Source: a virus. Taken from it: a stretch of DNA of 64,000 nucleotides. The stretch covers positions 39,538 through 103,537 of the IMG/VR virus record IMGVR_UViG_3300044691_000274. The stretch is one strand, 5' to 3'. Made by a program: the position numbers and the translations under genes. Positions 47,711-58,164 of this stretch are shown piece after piece. The notes under the pieces were generated by a model. It had not been told where the DNA came from, made no database searches, and saw only the letters and a program-made list of their open reading frames with translations. Numbering within the stretch: position 1 is the stretch's first letter; each line of letters opens with the position of its first letter.

Positions 47711-48037
47711 ATGGCCAACGATTTCGGCAAGATCAGGAACAGCATCGGCAACGACACGGTGGGCATCGCTCAGTGGATCGGCCGCAAGATCAGGAACCAC
47801 GACCCCATGACCAATCGGGACCGTGGCCTTCGTGGCGCTGGCGTGATCAAGCACCGCGCGCTCGACACCGGCAAGTTCCCGGCCGGGGCAGCCTGGGTCG
47901 CCATCGCAGCCGAAGCGCCTGCAAGCGCCCCCGTCGTGCTCTACAGCATGGAGGACGGGCGCCTGTTCGAGGTCCAGGTCCGCGAAGTGCGGCGCGAAGC
48001 CTACGCCCAGCAGAAGCTCGTCGCGGTGGGTAACTGA
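47711..48037 (+). CDS. Hypothetical protein
   Basis: RBS CAGGAGG. Confidence 0.65.
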   Translation: MANDFGKIRNSIGNDTVGIAQWIGRKIRNHDPMTNRDRGLRGAGVIKHRALDTGKFPAGAAWVAIAAEAPASAPVVLYSMEDGRLFEVQVREVRREAYAQQKLVAVGN

Positions 48038-48038
48038 G

Positions 48039-48842
48039 ATGAACGGTGCCCCCATGCGGATCGGCCCGTACGTCGCTCCGAAGAAGCCCTCGATCGAGGA
48101 CCTGCCCGCCTACAAGGCGCTGTTAGCCCGCGTCACGGAGCTGCAGGCAGCCAACACCGCCTTCGAGGAACGGGCGCGCGAGGCTGAGCGCAAGCTCGCC
48201 GCGCACCAGTCATTCCAGACCCACAACGAAGCGTGGATGGACTCGTGCTTCGGCCCCGAGATCAGCAAAGACATGGTCGAGCGCCGGCAGCGCTTCACGG
48301 AAGAGGCGATCGAGCTGGGGCAGGCCATTGGCGGCACCGCAGACGAAGCGCACGCGTTGGTTGACTATGTCTACAGCCGCCCGATCGGGGACCCCAAGCA
48401 GGAAGTAGGCGGGGTCATGGTCACGGTCGCCGCAATATGTTCGGCCGCCGGCCTCGACATGATCGAGTGCGCCCGCAACGAACTGCTCAGCTGCTGGAAG
48501 CGCCGGGAGAAGATCAGGGAAAAGCAAAAGACCAAGCCACGTGGCTCGGCTCTCGCCCAGAAGTGGGAAAACCCAACTATCGCGTGTCTCAAGTCCGCGT
48601 TGGTTGAACAGACCACCGAGAACGTTTGGTCCAGCTTCAATGCTGGCATCGAGCGCTCCTACGTCGTCACCGGCAAGACTTGGCGGTCGGGTGGCATGTC
48701 CGACGCCGAGTGGCTGGAGCGCCAGCTCGGGCTGACGGTGGGCGACTTGCACGATGCGGAGAAGGTGAAAGCGGCCATCCCTGGCCTCGCCGAGCGCCTT
48801 GTCGATGAGATCATAGCAGGAGAGAAGAATGCAACAAGCTAG
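48039..48842 (+). CDS. MazG-like all-alpha NTP pyrophosphohydrolase domain protein
   Basis: 'ER..RF.EEAIEL.QA.G', 'YVYSRP.G.PKQEVGGVMVT'. Confidence 0.7.
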   Translation: MNGAPMRIGPYVAPKKPSIEDLPAYKALLARVTELQAANTAFEERAREAERKLAAHQSFQTHNEAWMDSCFGPEISKDMVERRQRFTEEAIELGQAIGGTADEAHALVDYVYSRPIGDPKQEVGGVMVTVAAICSAAGLDMIECARNELLSCWKRREKIREKQKTKPRGSALAQKWENPTIACLKSALVEQTTENVWSSFNAGIERSYVVTGKTWRSGGMSDAEWLERQLGLTVGDLHDAEKVKAAIPGLAERLVDEIIAGEKNATS

Positions 48843-50660
48843 TCTGGCGTTGACGTCGGTCACAGACGACATTTACTCGAACCGGCAGATGGCGGTCGCG
48901 GACTGCATCGACCTCAACAAGAACTCGCCCCCAGGCGTCAAATACGGGGTCCGGGAGGTCGAGGGCGGCTGGCAGGTCGAAGCCCACCGCTTCGCTGCCA
49001 AGGGCGAGGCTGAGCGCGCTGAGCTGCGCCGGGGCATCGGGTGATCGTCGTCCGCGTCGAGCTGCACAGCGCAATCACCGGCAAGGTGACCGAGCTTGCC
49101 CGCATGGCGATCTCCAACCTCGGCACGCAAGTCGACCCGAAGTTGGGGGATTACGTCGGCAATGTGCTGCGGCGCCCGGCCTTCAAGTCGATGGCGCGCA
49201 CCGCGCATTTGCAGAACTATCGCCGGCTCGGTCGCCCTGTGTGGGACCTGGTGACTTTGATGCTCAAGGACATGGGATACGGGAAATGAATTCGACCGTC
49301 GATCTTCCAGCCCATCCGGTCTACCTGGCCGCCAAGGCGGTCTGCGACAAGCTCAGTCAGGCGTACGAGATGCGCAAGACCATGGCCATCGAAGACGAGA
49401 TGGCCTTTGAGCACAGCTTCCTTTGGGTGTTCAAATGGCACGTGACGAAGGAACAGGCGCAGAAGACGGTTGCAGACCCGCACTATGACCTGGAGCTGTG
49501 GAACGGAACATACGCGCAGTTCGGGCGCTCGTTCAAGCTTCTGACCCTGACCGCCGCTGCCCTGCAGAACGATGACGACTGGAACGTGCAAGTATCTGCA
49601 CAGGACCTCGCCGCGATCCAGGGCGTTTACTTTGACGAAGGGTTCCGGAAGACAGCAAGGATCATCGCAGCAAAAGCGGCGCGCGCTAACTTCGATCTGT
49701 GAAGCTAATTGCACCGGCGCCGCAACAGAGCTATCGTTTTCTCATGGGCAACATGGAGGTTCCCGTGCCGAACTCAACCGTTAATCTGCTGGTGGACCGC
49801 GCCGACTTGGTCGAGTTGACCCGGCTTGCGGTCATGCTCGAAGGCCGGCAGTTCCCAGAGGCTCGCCGGCTGCGCGAGCTTCTGATGCTTATCCGGACCA
49901 ACAACCGAGTCCACGTCTCGGCCGATGACGTTCTTCGTTCGAAGGTGGCATGATGTCCGCGCGCGTAATTCAGGAACCGACTGAGAAGCCTGGCTCTATG
50001 GGTGGCACCCGTTATGACCATCCGGCATACGGCGTCATCCGGACGTCCCAGCCGCAGGGCAACACAGTGCTGTTCGGGACCGACTTCGTCCACCACAACT
50101 TCATCACGCTCACGATTTGCCAAGCCAGCCGGGAGCGCCAGTATCACGAGGACCGCGTGTTCGGCGAGAAGGTCATCTGCGAGATCGACATGAGCGAGGC
50201 GCAGTGGGCTCACTTCGTCAGCTCACACGGTCAGTATTCTGGGACCCCTGTCACGCTCCGCCACGTCCCCGACCGGACAGCCAAGCTGGAGCAGGTCCCC
50301 GGCCTCCCGCACCGAGACTCGACCAACAGCTTCGACCCTGAGACGCGCGCTCGCATCAAGGACGTCGACGCCAACCTGGAGCGACTCACCGTCCTGCTGA
50401 CCGACAGCCTGAGCAAGCTGTCCAAGGCCGACCGTGCTGAGGCCCTCGGCTTCGTCACCAAGGCCCGCCAGCAGATCGGCCCGAACCTCAAGTTCGTCGA
50501 GGATCAGCTAACAGAGCATCTCGACACCAAAATCACCAACGCCAAGCTGGAAGTCTACGCTTGGATGGACGGCGCGGTGCGCGCTGCCGGCCTTGAGTCG
50601 ATCCACAGCCGCCAAGCACCGATAGAAATCGAAGGACCCGATGCCAACCTCGACGTGTGA
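48829..50660 (+). CDS. Run of hypothetical ORFs (48829-49044, 49041-49289, 49286-49702, 49765-49953, 49950-50660)
   Basis: Coupled overlaps; promoter TTGCAC-17 nt-TATCGT at 49709 overlapping a degenerate TGCA box. Confidence 0.6.
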
Positions 50661-50916
50661 GATTTGCTCCAAGGAGTTTTGGTTCCGTAGGGGGCCGGCG
50701 CCTAAAGCCTGCTCCGTTGAGCATCGCCGCGAGAGAAACACTCGCCGGTCGGCAGCCAGGTACGCGAAGGACCCGCTGCCGCAGCGCGCGGCGTCCAGCC
50801 GCTGGGTGAATAAGTATCCGGAGAGAAGGCGCCTAGCGAACAAAAACAACAAAGCCAAGATCAAGAAAGCCTCGGCTGCGCTGCAAGCGCTAGAGGAGCT
50901 TGGACTCCAATGCTGA
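50641..50916 (+). CDS. Zn-finger (CxxC...CS) basic protein
   Basis: 'CEICSKEF......ACS', Arg-rich helix, C-terminal 'ALQALEELGL'. Confidence 0.55.
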   Translation: MPTSTCEICSKEFWFRRGPAPKACSVEHRRERNTRRSAARYAKDPLPQRAASSRWVNKYPERRRLANKNNKAKIKKASAALQALEELGLQC

Positions 50917-51305
50917 TCAAGACGTGCCTCATCTGCAGAAGCGAGTTTGAGTGCGTGAGAAGCACGCGAAGGTTTTGCTCAGGCATGTGCCAAGTAAAAA
51001 ATAGGTACATCACCACCGGAAGACTTGAACAAAAAACCGCACGTGACGCCAATCCTAAGACGAAGAACTGCGCCATATGTGGATCAACATACAGAGCTAT
51101 TGGCCGGCACCGAACGTGCTCTTCTATATGCGGCGTCGAACTCAAGCGCATCAGATGCCTGTCATTTCAGCGACGACATCCTCCAAGCAGAGAAACGCGC
51201 AATGCTATACAACAAAAGTATAGGACGAAAATCCACCTCGCCTTGGAGACGCTGAAGGTGATTGAAGGTTTGGGCATTCAAGTGAAGGAGAACGCAAATG
51301 GGTAA
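50910..51305 (+). CDS. Double Zn-finger basic protein, paralog of 50641
   Basis: 'CLICRSEF...FCSGMC', 'CAICG...TCSSIC', C-terminal 'ALETLKVIEGLGI'. Confidence 0.6.
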   Translation: MLIKTCLICRSEFECVRSTRRFCSGMCQVKNRYITTGRLEQKTARDANPKTKNCAICGSTYRAIGRHRTCSSICGVELKRIRCLSFQRRHPPSRETRNAIQQKYRTKIHLALETLKVIEGLGIQVKENANG

Positions 51306-52667
51306 ATATGGTGCGACTAAGCAATCTTGGTCTGAGGAGAACCCCAGGCATTTGTTGAAGGAAATCATGGACGCCAATACAGGTTTATCGGAAGAGTCGG
51401 CGATAGACCTTATGTCCACCCGCTTGCTGCAGGAGCATCGGGTTGGCTATTTGAAGACCGCCATCGCCTATTGGGTGACGAACAACTATTACGCGTTGAA
51501 GCGTGAGATGGCGCCGACGGCCAAAGTGCTGCCATTCGTGAAGCTAGCTCAGCCGACCGCAATGCAAAAGAAGCAGGCGAGTCAGAAGCTCCACGAGACA
51601 ATCAAGGCGAAGATCGTGGCGCACGCCCCGACGCTGATGCTCGACTATCTGCTGCCCAACGGCAAGCGCTTGCGGGACTGCACCTTCCAAGAGGTCAAGA
51701 CAATCGGGCAAGGCTTGAACAAAGAAGGGGCCTGGATGCTCAACATCGCGGCTATGGGCAAGCCCACCGCGATTGTTGGCGAGGTGCTGACAGAGAAGGA
51801 CCTCCCCAGCAAGTGAAGGCACGTGCAATTATCTGCAAGGACCCATGACTATGCCTAAGCACGACCCTCCTGAAGCAACGTTTCCAGTCAACGACTCCAA
51901 CATGCACGCATGGCTGAACCTTTTCGACATAGGGAAGCCCGCGACGTGTATTGACAAAAATACAACACTCGGGGCCGCGATAAAACAGTGGCTGCAGCAA
52001 ATTCCGAATATAACGGAAGACGAGATGCTCTTTCTCGTATGTGAACAGCTTCCTAGTAATATCGCGGAGATGCTTAGGTTCCCGATTATAAACGAATACT
52101 ACCGCATTAAAGCAGCTATGCCGTGATCCGGATCATCAAGCGGGCGGCTACCACACGGGTTGCCGACCCCCTCGTTGAGGATGCCCCCAAAGCCACACTG
52201 GCGCCCAAGGAGTGGGAGCCGGCGGACTCGATAGCCTGGTGGGCCGAGCACGGCGTGTCCCCCACCACCAAGCCTTCCCCCTGCCAATTCTGCAAGGGCG
52301 TATTCGTCAAGCACTGCACCGATGCGGAGCACGCGGGGTGTCAGAACTTTCAGACGGCGGAGCGGCGGGCCAAGAACCCTCCGCCAGAAAAATCGAAGGC
52401 AAGGTGATGAGCAGCATCGAGATCAACGCCCCCGAGGGTGTCGAGTTCAACATCATCACCTATATGACGTCGGACTCGACCGGGCTCGACGTGGCGATCG
52501 GCCTCAAAAGCATGAAGAAGATGGTCGAGCTGGCCGAGAAGGTCGACACCGTCGCGTTGGCGCTTGCCCACAACCTGACCAATTCGATGGGTGTCAACGA
52601 CTGGCGAGTCATGACCCGTGACGAGATCGCGCAGTACAAGAAGGCTATTGAGGACGAGGAAGGCTGA
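51298..52667 (+). CDS. Hypothetical ORFs (51298-51816, 51845-52126, 52123-52407, 52407-52667)
   Basis: RBSs and stop/start overlaps; first two AT-richer. Confidence 0.6.
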
Positions 52668-52668
52668 C

Positions 52669-52878
52669 GTGCAAAACCTAGCCCTGATCGATTACACGAA
52701 CCATCGCGGCAGGCGCGCGCGGCGCCGGGTACAGCCGATCTCGATCCGGTTCGGGCACACGGACTGGCACCCGGAAGACCAATGGCTGCTCCTGGCGTTC
52801 GACTCCAACCACAAGGCAGAGCGCGAGTTCGCCATGCGCGACATCCACAGCTGGGAGCCAGCCAATGCCCAAATCTGA
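52669..52878 (+). CDS. Stand-alone WYL-like domain protein
   Basis: 'IDYTNHRG....RRVQP..I.FG...WH...QWLL.AFD.....REFAM..I'. Confidence 0.75.
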   Translation: MQNLALIDYTNHRGRRARRRVQPISIRFGHTDWHPEDQWLLLAFDSNHKAEREFAMRDIHSWEPANAQI

Positions 52879-53086
52879 TCGCTTCCCGCCCTCTGGCCGG
52901 GAGCTTACGCTTTACGGCGTGCGGCTCAACGAACAGCCACGCGAGTTTCTGCTGCAGGCGATCGAGTACGAGGTCACCAGGAACCTGCCAGACGTGGGGC
53001 CGATGCACGACAAGACCCACAAGGACGCGATCACACGCGCGTTCAAGGAGCGCTGCCGTCAGATACGCCGAGCGGCGTGCAGGTAA
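52865..53086 (+). CDS. Hypothetical protein
   Basis: Overlaps WYL gene; stop codon lies inside TGCA box 53078. Confidence 0.55.
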   Translation: MPKSDRFPPSGRELTLYGVRLNEQPREFLLQAIEYEVTRNLPDVGPMHDKTHKDAITRAFKERCRQIRRAACR

Positions 53087-53147
53087 TTGCACTTGACTTC
53101 AGCAGCAGAGCCTGTCAAGAACTCGATGGAGTTTTTCGGGGGTCCTG

Positions 53148-53309
53148 ATGCAAACGGTTGCACACACCAAGGTCGTCCAGTGTTCGCTCAGCGCAGTCAT
53201 CACGCGCGCTGACGGACGAGTCGAGGACCAAGGCGTCATCAGCTACTGGCACAGCAATCCCCTCAAACGCATCGCCTGGCGCATCAAGCGCTTTTTCGGC
53301 ATCGCCTGA
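53148..53309 (+). CDS. Small protein preceding second structural-like cluster
   Basis: MQTVAHTKVVQCSLSAVITRADGRVEDQGVISYWHSNPLKRIAWRIKRFFGIA; start codon overlaps TGCA box 53149. Confidence 0.6.
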   Translation: MQTVAHTKVVQCSLSAVITRADGRVEDQGVISYWHSNPLKRIAWRIKRFFGIA

Positions 53310-53322
53310 GAAGGGGATTTAA

Positions 53323-53685
53323 ATGGCCAACTCCCAGACACAATTCTTGGGCCTAGCCCGTATGGCCACCGCCATGGCAGCCTTGTCCTTCTGGATCGGC
53401 TGGGGCACCGGCACCGGGGCGGTTTCTTCGGCGACAGCTCTCGTTGTGGCGTCGGCCGAGGCACGCGCGACCACGACGCCGTCCGCCGTGACCGTCACGT
53501 CGGCGGGCGACACATTGCAGTTGATTGCAGCGGCGATCACATCTTTGAGTGTTCAGACGATCACTGAGATCGGTTCGTTCGATGCCCTCTCCGCTGGCAA
53601 CATGGACCATTACGCCTGCTTCACCGGCATGCCTTTGGCCATTGGCGACAGCATCACCTTCACGATGAAGGTCACGTATTTGTAA
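53323..53685 (+). CDS. Putative virion structural protein
   Basis: 'WIGWGTGT...TAL...E.R', 'ITEIG.FDA..AGNM...F....GDSITFT'. Confidence 0.65.
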   Translation: MANSQTQFLGLARMATAMAALSFWIGWGTGTGAVSSATALVVASAEARATTTPSAVTVTSAGDTLQLIAAAITSLSVQTITEIGSFDALSAGNMDHYACFTGMPLAIGDSITFTMKVTYL

Positions 53686-53741
53686 GCGAGGTGAGTGCCC
53701 CCGCGTATTCTGGGAGTTGAGGATCGCAAAGGGAAAGAGCG

Positions 53742-54233
53742 ATGACCGATTACACCGCCCTTGTGGCGAAATGGGCCACGCTCACCGGGACGACGCAGCA
53801 GAAGCTTGACGTGCTCAACGGGACGATGGTGGCAGGCCCCACGGTCGACGTCACGGTCCCACAAGTCGTTGGCTATCTCCTCCTGAACCAATCATATCTG
53901 CCGCTGCAGTCGTTTGCACTCACGACGGCGCCCGGCGGCAACGCAACTTACGCGGCAGCCTTGGTGGCGGCGAAGACGCTCATTGAGTGGCTCACCGTCG
54001 CGAACGCGCCGACCATGCAGATGTCGAACGCAGCCGTGGCTCAAACGGTGGCTGGGATGGCGGGTCTTCTCCTTGCGCAAGAGACCGCCGCACCAGGCAG
54101 CACAGGGTTCACGAGCGCGGTGTTCAACGGATTGCTCGCTCTCGCTGCGACGCAAATTCCGTGGTGGTTTTCGAGTGGGTACACGTCGCCGATCAGCGCG
54201 GGAGACCTCGCGGCGGCTGGAGGGTTAGCGTAA
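53742..54233 (+). CDS. Hypothetical (virion-like, Ala/Thr-rich) protein
   Basis: RBS; coupled to downstream ORF. Confidence 0.6.
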   Translation: MTDYTALVAKWATLTGTTQQKLDVLNGTMVAGPTVDVTVPQVVGYLLLNQSYLPLQSFALTTAPGGNATYAAALVAAKTLIEWLTVANAPTMQMSNAAVAQTVAGMAGLLLAQETAAPGSTGFTSAVFNGLLALAATQIPWWFSSGYTSPISAGDLAAAGGLA

Positions 54234-54706
54234 TGGCTATTGAGAAATACACTCCCGGTGCCACCGCAGGCTGGGTTGCCTGCATGCTCAACTCGGGCAC
54301 GTCGGTTCTCAACTCCATGACGAACAACTCGTCGGTGCTCGACGGCGCGGACGTCGCGCAGCTGACGAACCAGGACGTGTTCGCCGACTTCTCGGTGTCG
54401 CTGGCCTCCGTTGTCGCCGCCGCGCCGGCTCAGCTTAACATCTTCCAATACATCCTGAACGCCGACGGCACGACCTATGGAGACGGCCAGCTGACGACCA
54501 GCTTCGCGGCTAAGACACCCGCACCGCAGCTCTACGTGGGCTCGATCATCTTCCCAGTCGGCACTGGTGTTTTGGTCGGCACCCTTCTGCGCATTCCTCT
54601 GCCAGAGGGCAATTTCCGCTGGGCGGTGCAGAGCCAAGCCGGCGTCACGCTAGGCTCGTCCCTCAACACGGCTTCCTACCGGACGTTTAACCGCGTGGTG
54701 GCGTGA
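54233..54706 (+). CDS. Hypothetical beta-rich (virion-like) protein
   Basis: TAATG overlap; 'DGTTYGDG', 'IPLP'. Confidence 0.6.
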   Translation: MAIEKYTPGATAGWVACMLNSGTSVLNSMTNNSSVLDGADVAQLTNQDVFADFSVSLASVVAAAPAQLNIFQYILNADGTTYGDGQLTTSFAAKTPAPQLYVGSIIFPVGTGVLVGTLLRIPLPEGNFRWAVQSQAGVTLGSSLNTASYRTFNRVVA

Positions 54707-56751
54707 TGCCTGCGGTAGCGCGGGGGCTAGTTTTACCGCCGCGACCTTACAGCCTGAACGGGCTTGTCGGGCTGTATCCTGCTGCGACGCCACGCCTCAC
54801 AGCGTCGGTGTACGACGCGAGTGGCAGGAACAACACACTAACCGCCACCGGTTCTCCCGTCGTCACGGCAAGTCCTTACGGCCCAGCGATGGCGAGTGTT
54901 GGCGCGGCTCCATTCACGGCCACTGCCGTCAACGCTGCGTTCTTGACCCCCGATCTGACTTATGTCGCCTGGATCAACCTGAACAGCCTCGGGGCCAACA
55001 GGTGCATCTTTGGTGGGTCCAGCACCAATCCAATTCTCTTCATCAATACGACTAACAAGCTGACGTTCACGAAAAACGGCTCTGGAAACTTTGCCGTCGG
55101 GGCCACCTCGGTTGTTGCGGGGCAGTGGGTGCATGTGGCCGGTACTTATTCATCCGCCACTGGCGTTTGGATGGTGTACCTGAACGGTGTTCTGAACGGC
55201 ACCGGGACCTCGTTGCAGACATGGCTCACAACCGGCACGATTGGCGTCGGGGGCGGGGCGTTCACGATCCTGGGGCAGGTTGCAGACGTGCGCGTCTACA
55301 GCCGCGCGCTGCCCGCAAGCGAAATCTACGGGCTCTACGCCTTCGCCGCCCAAACCAGCTATCTCGAACCGATGACGCTGTTCTCGGCAGGGGGCGCCCA
55401 TGCGTTCACTAAGGTCGTCAGCATCTCGTCGGGGTCGAACCTCACGTTTCGCCGCTCGGTTGGCAAGAAGGTCGCCGTGGCTTCGTCGTCCAACGTCTCA
55501 GCCAAGAAGGCGACAGCAAAAAAGCTGCTCGTGGCGGCCCACTCGGCAGTCTCGACAAAGAAGGCCGTGACGCACAAGCTTCTCATCGCCGCGCACTCAG
55601 CGGTTGTCCTTAAGAAGGCTGTAGCGCACAAAGTGCTCGTGACCGCGCAGTCGACCGTCGCCATAAAGAAGGCCGTTGGCAAGAAGCTGGCGGTGGCGGC
55701 CCACTCGGCTGTGACCATCAAGAAGGCAGTCACCAAGAAGCTGTCCGTGGCTGCGAACTCATCTGTCGCCACGAAGAAGGCAGTCGCCAAGAAGCTGGCG
55801 GTAACGGCGCACTCAGCGGTTGGCATCAAGAAGGCGGTGGGCAAGAAACTGTCCGTGGCAGCGCACAGCGTGGTCTCGATCGTCGGGAGCCTAGCGACCG
55901 GCGCGCGGGCGCTGACCCACACGGTTTCGATCGCGGCTTCGTCCAGCGTGCATCTCAGCAAGTCCGTGAAGAAAAGGGTTTCGATCGCGACGGGGTCAAG
56001 CCTGCACTTCGGCAAGGCCGTGACGAAGCGAGTGGCCATCGCGGGCCACAGCGCGCTGAAGGTGCTCAAGGGCGCCCACTTGTCATTGAGCTTGGCAAGT
56101 GGTAGTGCAGTCAACGTCACCAAGAGGGTGTCGACGACCGTGGCCATCATGACCGCGAGCGCCGTCGCGGTGTCCAAGGCGATTGCCATCACCGTGGCGA
56201 TCCTCTCGGCCGGCGCGGTCCTGATTACAAACGACGCCAATAAGCACTACCAGATGCTGGTCAGCATCATGTCGACTTCGACGGTGTCCGTCGCTACGTC
56301 GTTCTTCGTTCGGTCAATCGCGGTCTCGTTAAGGCTGGTGGGATCAGCCTTTCATATGTTATTGTTCGGCAGGGCCTCGCGGCTGGAGTTGACTGGGATG
56401 AGCACGATTGCAAACGGCAAGTTTCACTACGGCGAGACTTGGGACATAACAGGCGTGGCTCGTGACGCCGTGGGCCAAGTCCTCGACCTCACGAACGGCA
56501 TCGTGCAGCTGCGGATCACGACTGCTGCGGCTGTCGTCCTCGACCTGTCGACACCGAGCACAGGCTTCATCACCGACGCAGTTAACGGCAAGTACCTGTT
56601 CCAAATCTCGGCGGACCAGCAGATAACCGCTGGCCTGACGCTGAAATATTACACCTATGAGGTCCGCGTCATTCTGCAGGACGGCACGAGGTCGGTGCAG
56701 AACACCGGCATTTTGACCATCTTGCCGTCGAAGTTCACTCAGTTTCCTTGA
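54706..56751 (+). CDS. LamG/concanavalin-domain fibre protein with 18-aa Lys-rich repeats and a C-terminal BppU_N-like domain
   Basis: 'DASGRNNT', 'TYVAWIN', 'GQWVHVAGTY...VYLNG', 'ADVRVYSRAL..EI..LY'; KKAV repeats; 'G...DLT....LRI...YTYEV.V...DG....G.LTI'. Confidence 0.75.
   Translation: MPAVARGLVLPPRPYSLNGLVGLYPAATPRLTASVYDASGRNNTLTATGSPVVTASPYGPAMASVGAAPFTATAVNAAFLTPDLTYVAWINLNSLGANRCIFGGSSTNPILFINTTNKLTFTKNGSGNFAVGATSVVAGQWVHVAGTYSSATGVWMVYLNGVLNGTGTSLQTWLTTGTIGVGGGAFTILGQVADVRVYSRALPASEIYGLYAFAAQTSYLEPMTLFSAGGAHAFTKVVSISSGSNLTFRRSVGKKVAVASSSNVSAKKATAKKLLVAAHSAVSTKKAVTHKLLIAAHSAVVLKKAVAHKVLVTAQSTVAIKKAVGKKLAVAAHSAVTIKKAVTKKLSVAANSSVATKKAVAKKLAVTAHSAVGIKKAVGKKLSVAAHSVVSIVGSLATGARALTHTVSIAASSSVHLSKSVKKRVSIATGSSLHFGKAVTKRVAIAGHSALKVLKGAHLSLSLASGSAVNVTKRVSTTVAIMTASAVAVSKAIAITVAILSAGAVLITNDANKHYQMLVSIMSTSTVSVATSFFVRSIAVSLRLVGSAFHMLLFGRASRLELTGMSTIANGKFHYGETWDITGVARDAVGQVLDLTNGIVQLRITTAAAVVLDLSTPSTGFITDAVNGKYLFQISADQQITAGLTLKYYTYEVRVILQDGTRSVQNTGILTILPSKFTQFP
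55450..55881 (+). repeat. Coding tandem repeat, about 8 x 54 bp (KKAVxKKLxVAAHSxVxx)
   Basis: Visible directly in the translation. Confidence 0.85.
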
Positions 56752-56770
56752 TGCGTGCAAGTAATTGCAA

Positions 56771-57019
56771 ATGACCAAATCGCTCATTCAGCCGCAGGAT
56801 CGCCTGGGTCTTTCCCGGACCGAAGCCTCGGAATATATCGGGGTCGGCGTCGGCCTGTTCGACCTGATGGTTAAGGACGGTCGCATGCCGCCCCCGCGAC
56901 ACGTCAACAGCAGGCTCATTTGGGCGAGAAAAGAGGTTGAGAAGCATTTTGTGGACTTGCCTTACGCCGACGTAGTAGCGCAAAATGGGGAGTCGCCCAC
57001 CGGGTGGGACATGACGTAG
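56771..57019 (+). CDS. AlpA-like excisionase/HTH regulator
   Basis: 'GLSRTEASEYIGVG...FD.MVKDGRMPPP......IW'; directly upstream of the integrase. Confidence 0.85.
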   Translation: MTKSLIQPQDRLGLSRTEASEYIGVGVGLFDLMVKDGRMPPPRHVNSRLIWARKEVEKHFVDLPYADVVAQNGESPTGWDMT

Positions 57020-57033
57020 GCAGGAGGCCCGCG

Positions 57034-58164
57034 TTGAACGTTCGCATCAAGTATCTGAAGCAAGAGACCGACCGCCACGGCAAGCCTCGCCTCTACGTCC
57101 GACTCCCAGGCCAAAAGCTAATCCGCCTGCCGGTCAACACGATCAAGGACCCGCAGTTCGGTCCAGCCTACGCAGCGGCGCTCAACGGCGAGCCTGTTCC
57201 GAGTCCAGCACCCAAGCAACCAACCAAGCGGGAGAAGGCGCCCACGGGCAGCCTACGGGCTCTGTGCGACCGATACTTCGACTATTTCACCAAGGACACG
57301 ACGCTGGCGGAGCGGACGAAGTACGTGCGCAGGCGGAACCTGGAGAATGTGTGCAGGGAGATGGTGAAGTCGCCCTCTGGCATGCGCCCGGCCGCCGACA
57401 TCCCAGTGAAGATCATGACGCGCGCCCACGTGTCGCAGCTGCTCGATCGCAACCGCGCCACGCCTGAGGCGTCCAACGATCGGCGCAAGGCGCTCATGGC
57501 CTTGTTCAAGTGGGCGATCCCGCGCGGCTACGCCGACAAGAACCCGGTGACCGAGACACGCCCGATCAAGACCAAGACTGGTGGCTTCACGACGTGGAAG
57601 AGGGAGCACGTCGAGCGCTACGCCGAGACGCACCCGTTCGGCACCAAGGAGTATCTGGCCCTCGCCTTGTTTCTGTTCACCGGCCAGCGGCGCTCCGACG
57701 TGATCACTTTTGGCCCCAAGCATGTCGAGAACGGGGTGCTCCATTTCGCCCAGCAGAAGACGCGCAAGGAGATGCACATTCCGATCCATGCTGGGCTGCA
57801 GGAGGTCCTCGATCTAGTGCCGTCTGAGCAGCCTACGTTCCTGGTGACTGAGTTCGGGAAGCCCTTCGCGGCCGGCGGCTTCAGCCATTGGTTTCACGAC
57901 CGCTGCGTCGATGCTGGGCTTCGGGGCTTCTCGTGCCACGGGCTCCGCAAGGCCCTCCAGACGTTCGGTGCTAACGCGGGCCTCAGCGCGCACGAGCTGC
58001 AGGCGCTGGCCGGGCATTCGAGCCTCAAGGAGACGTCCCGCTACACGGAGCAGCGTGACAGTGCGCTCCTGGCTGACAGCGGGATGACCAAGCTGTCCGG
58101 TCTGCGAATTGGCGCACCGAAAATCGACCCCCCAAAAAGTGCGCCTAAGAAGCCAAAAAAGTAA
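57034..58164 (+). CDS. int: Tyrosine recombinase/integrase
   Basis: RBS CAGGAGG + TTG; 'DRHGK.R.YVR'; catalytic 'TGQRRSD', 'QQKT', 'HGLRK', 'GH.....T.RY'. Confidence 0.95.
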   Translation: MNVRIKYLKQETDRHGKPRLYVRLPGQKLIRLPVNTIKDPQFGPAYAAALNGEPVPSPAPKQPTKREKAPTGSLRALCDRYFDYFTKDTTLAERTKYVRRRNLENVCREMVKSPSGMRPAADIPVKIMTRAHVSQLLDRNRATPEASNDRRKALMALFKWAIPRGYADKNPVTETRPIKTKTGGFTTWKREHVERYAETHPFGTKEYLALALFLFTGQRRSDVITFGPKHVENGVLHFAQQKTRKEMHIPIHAGLQEVLDLVPSEQPTFLVTEFGKPFAAGGFSHWFHDRCVDAGLRGFSCHGLRKALQTFGANAGLSAHELQALAGHSSLKETSRYTEQRDSALLADSGMTKLSGLRIGAPKIDPPKSAPKKPKK

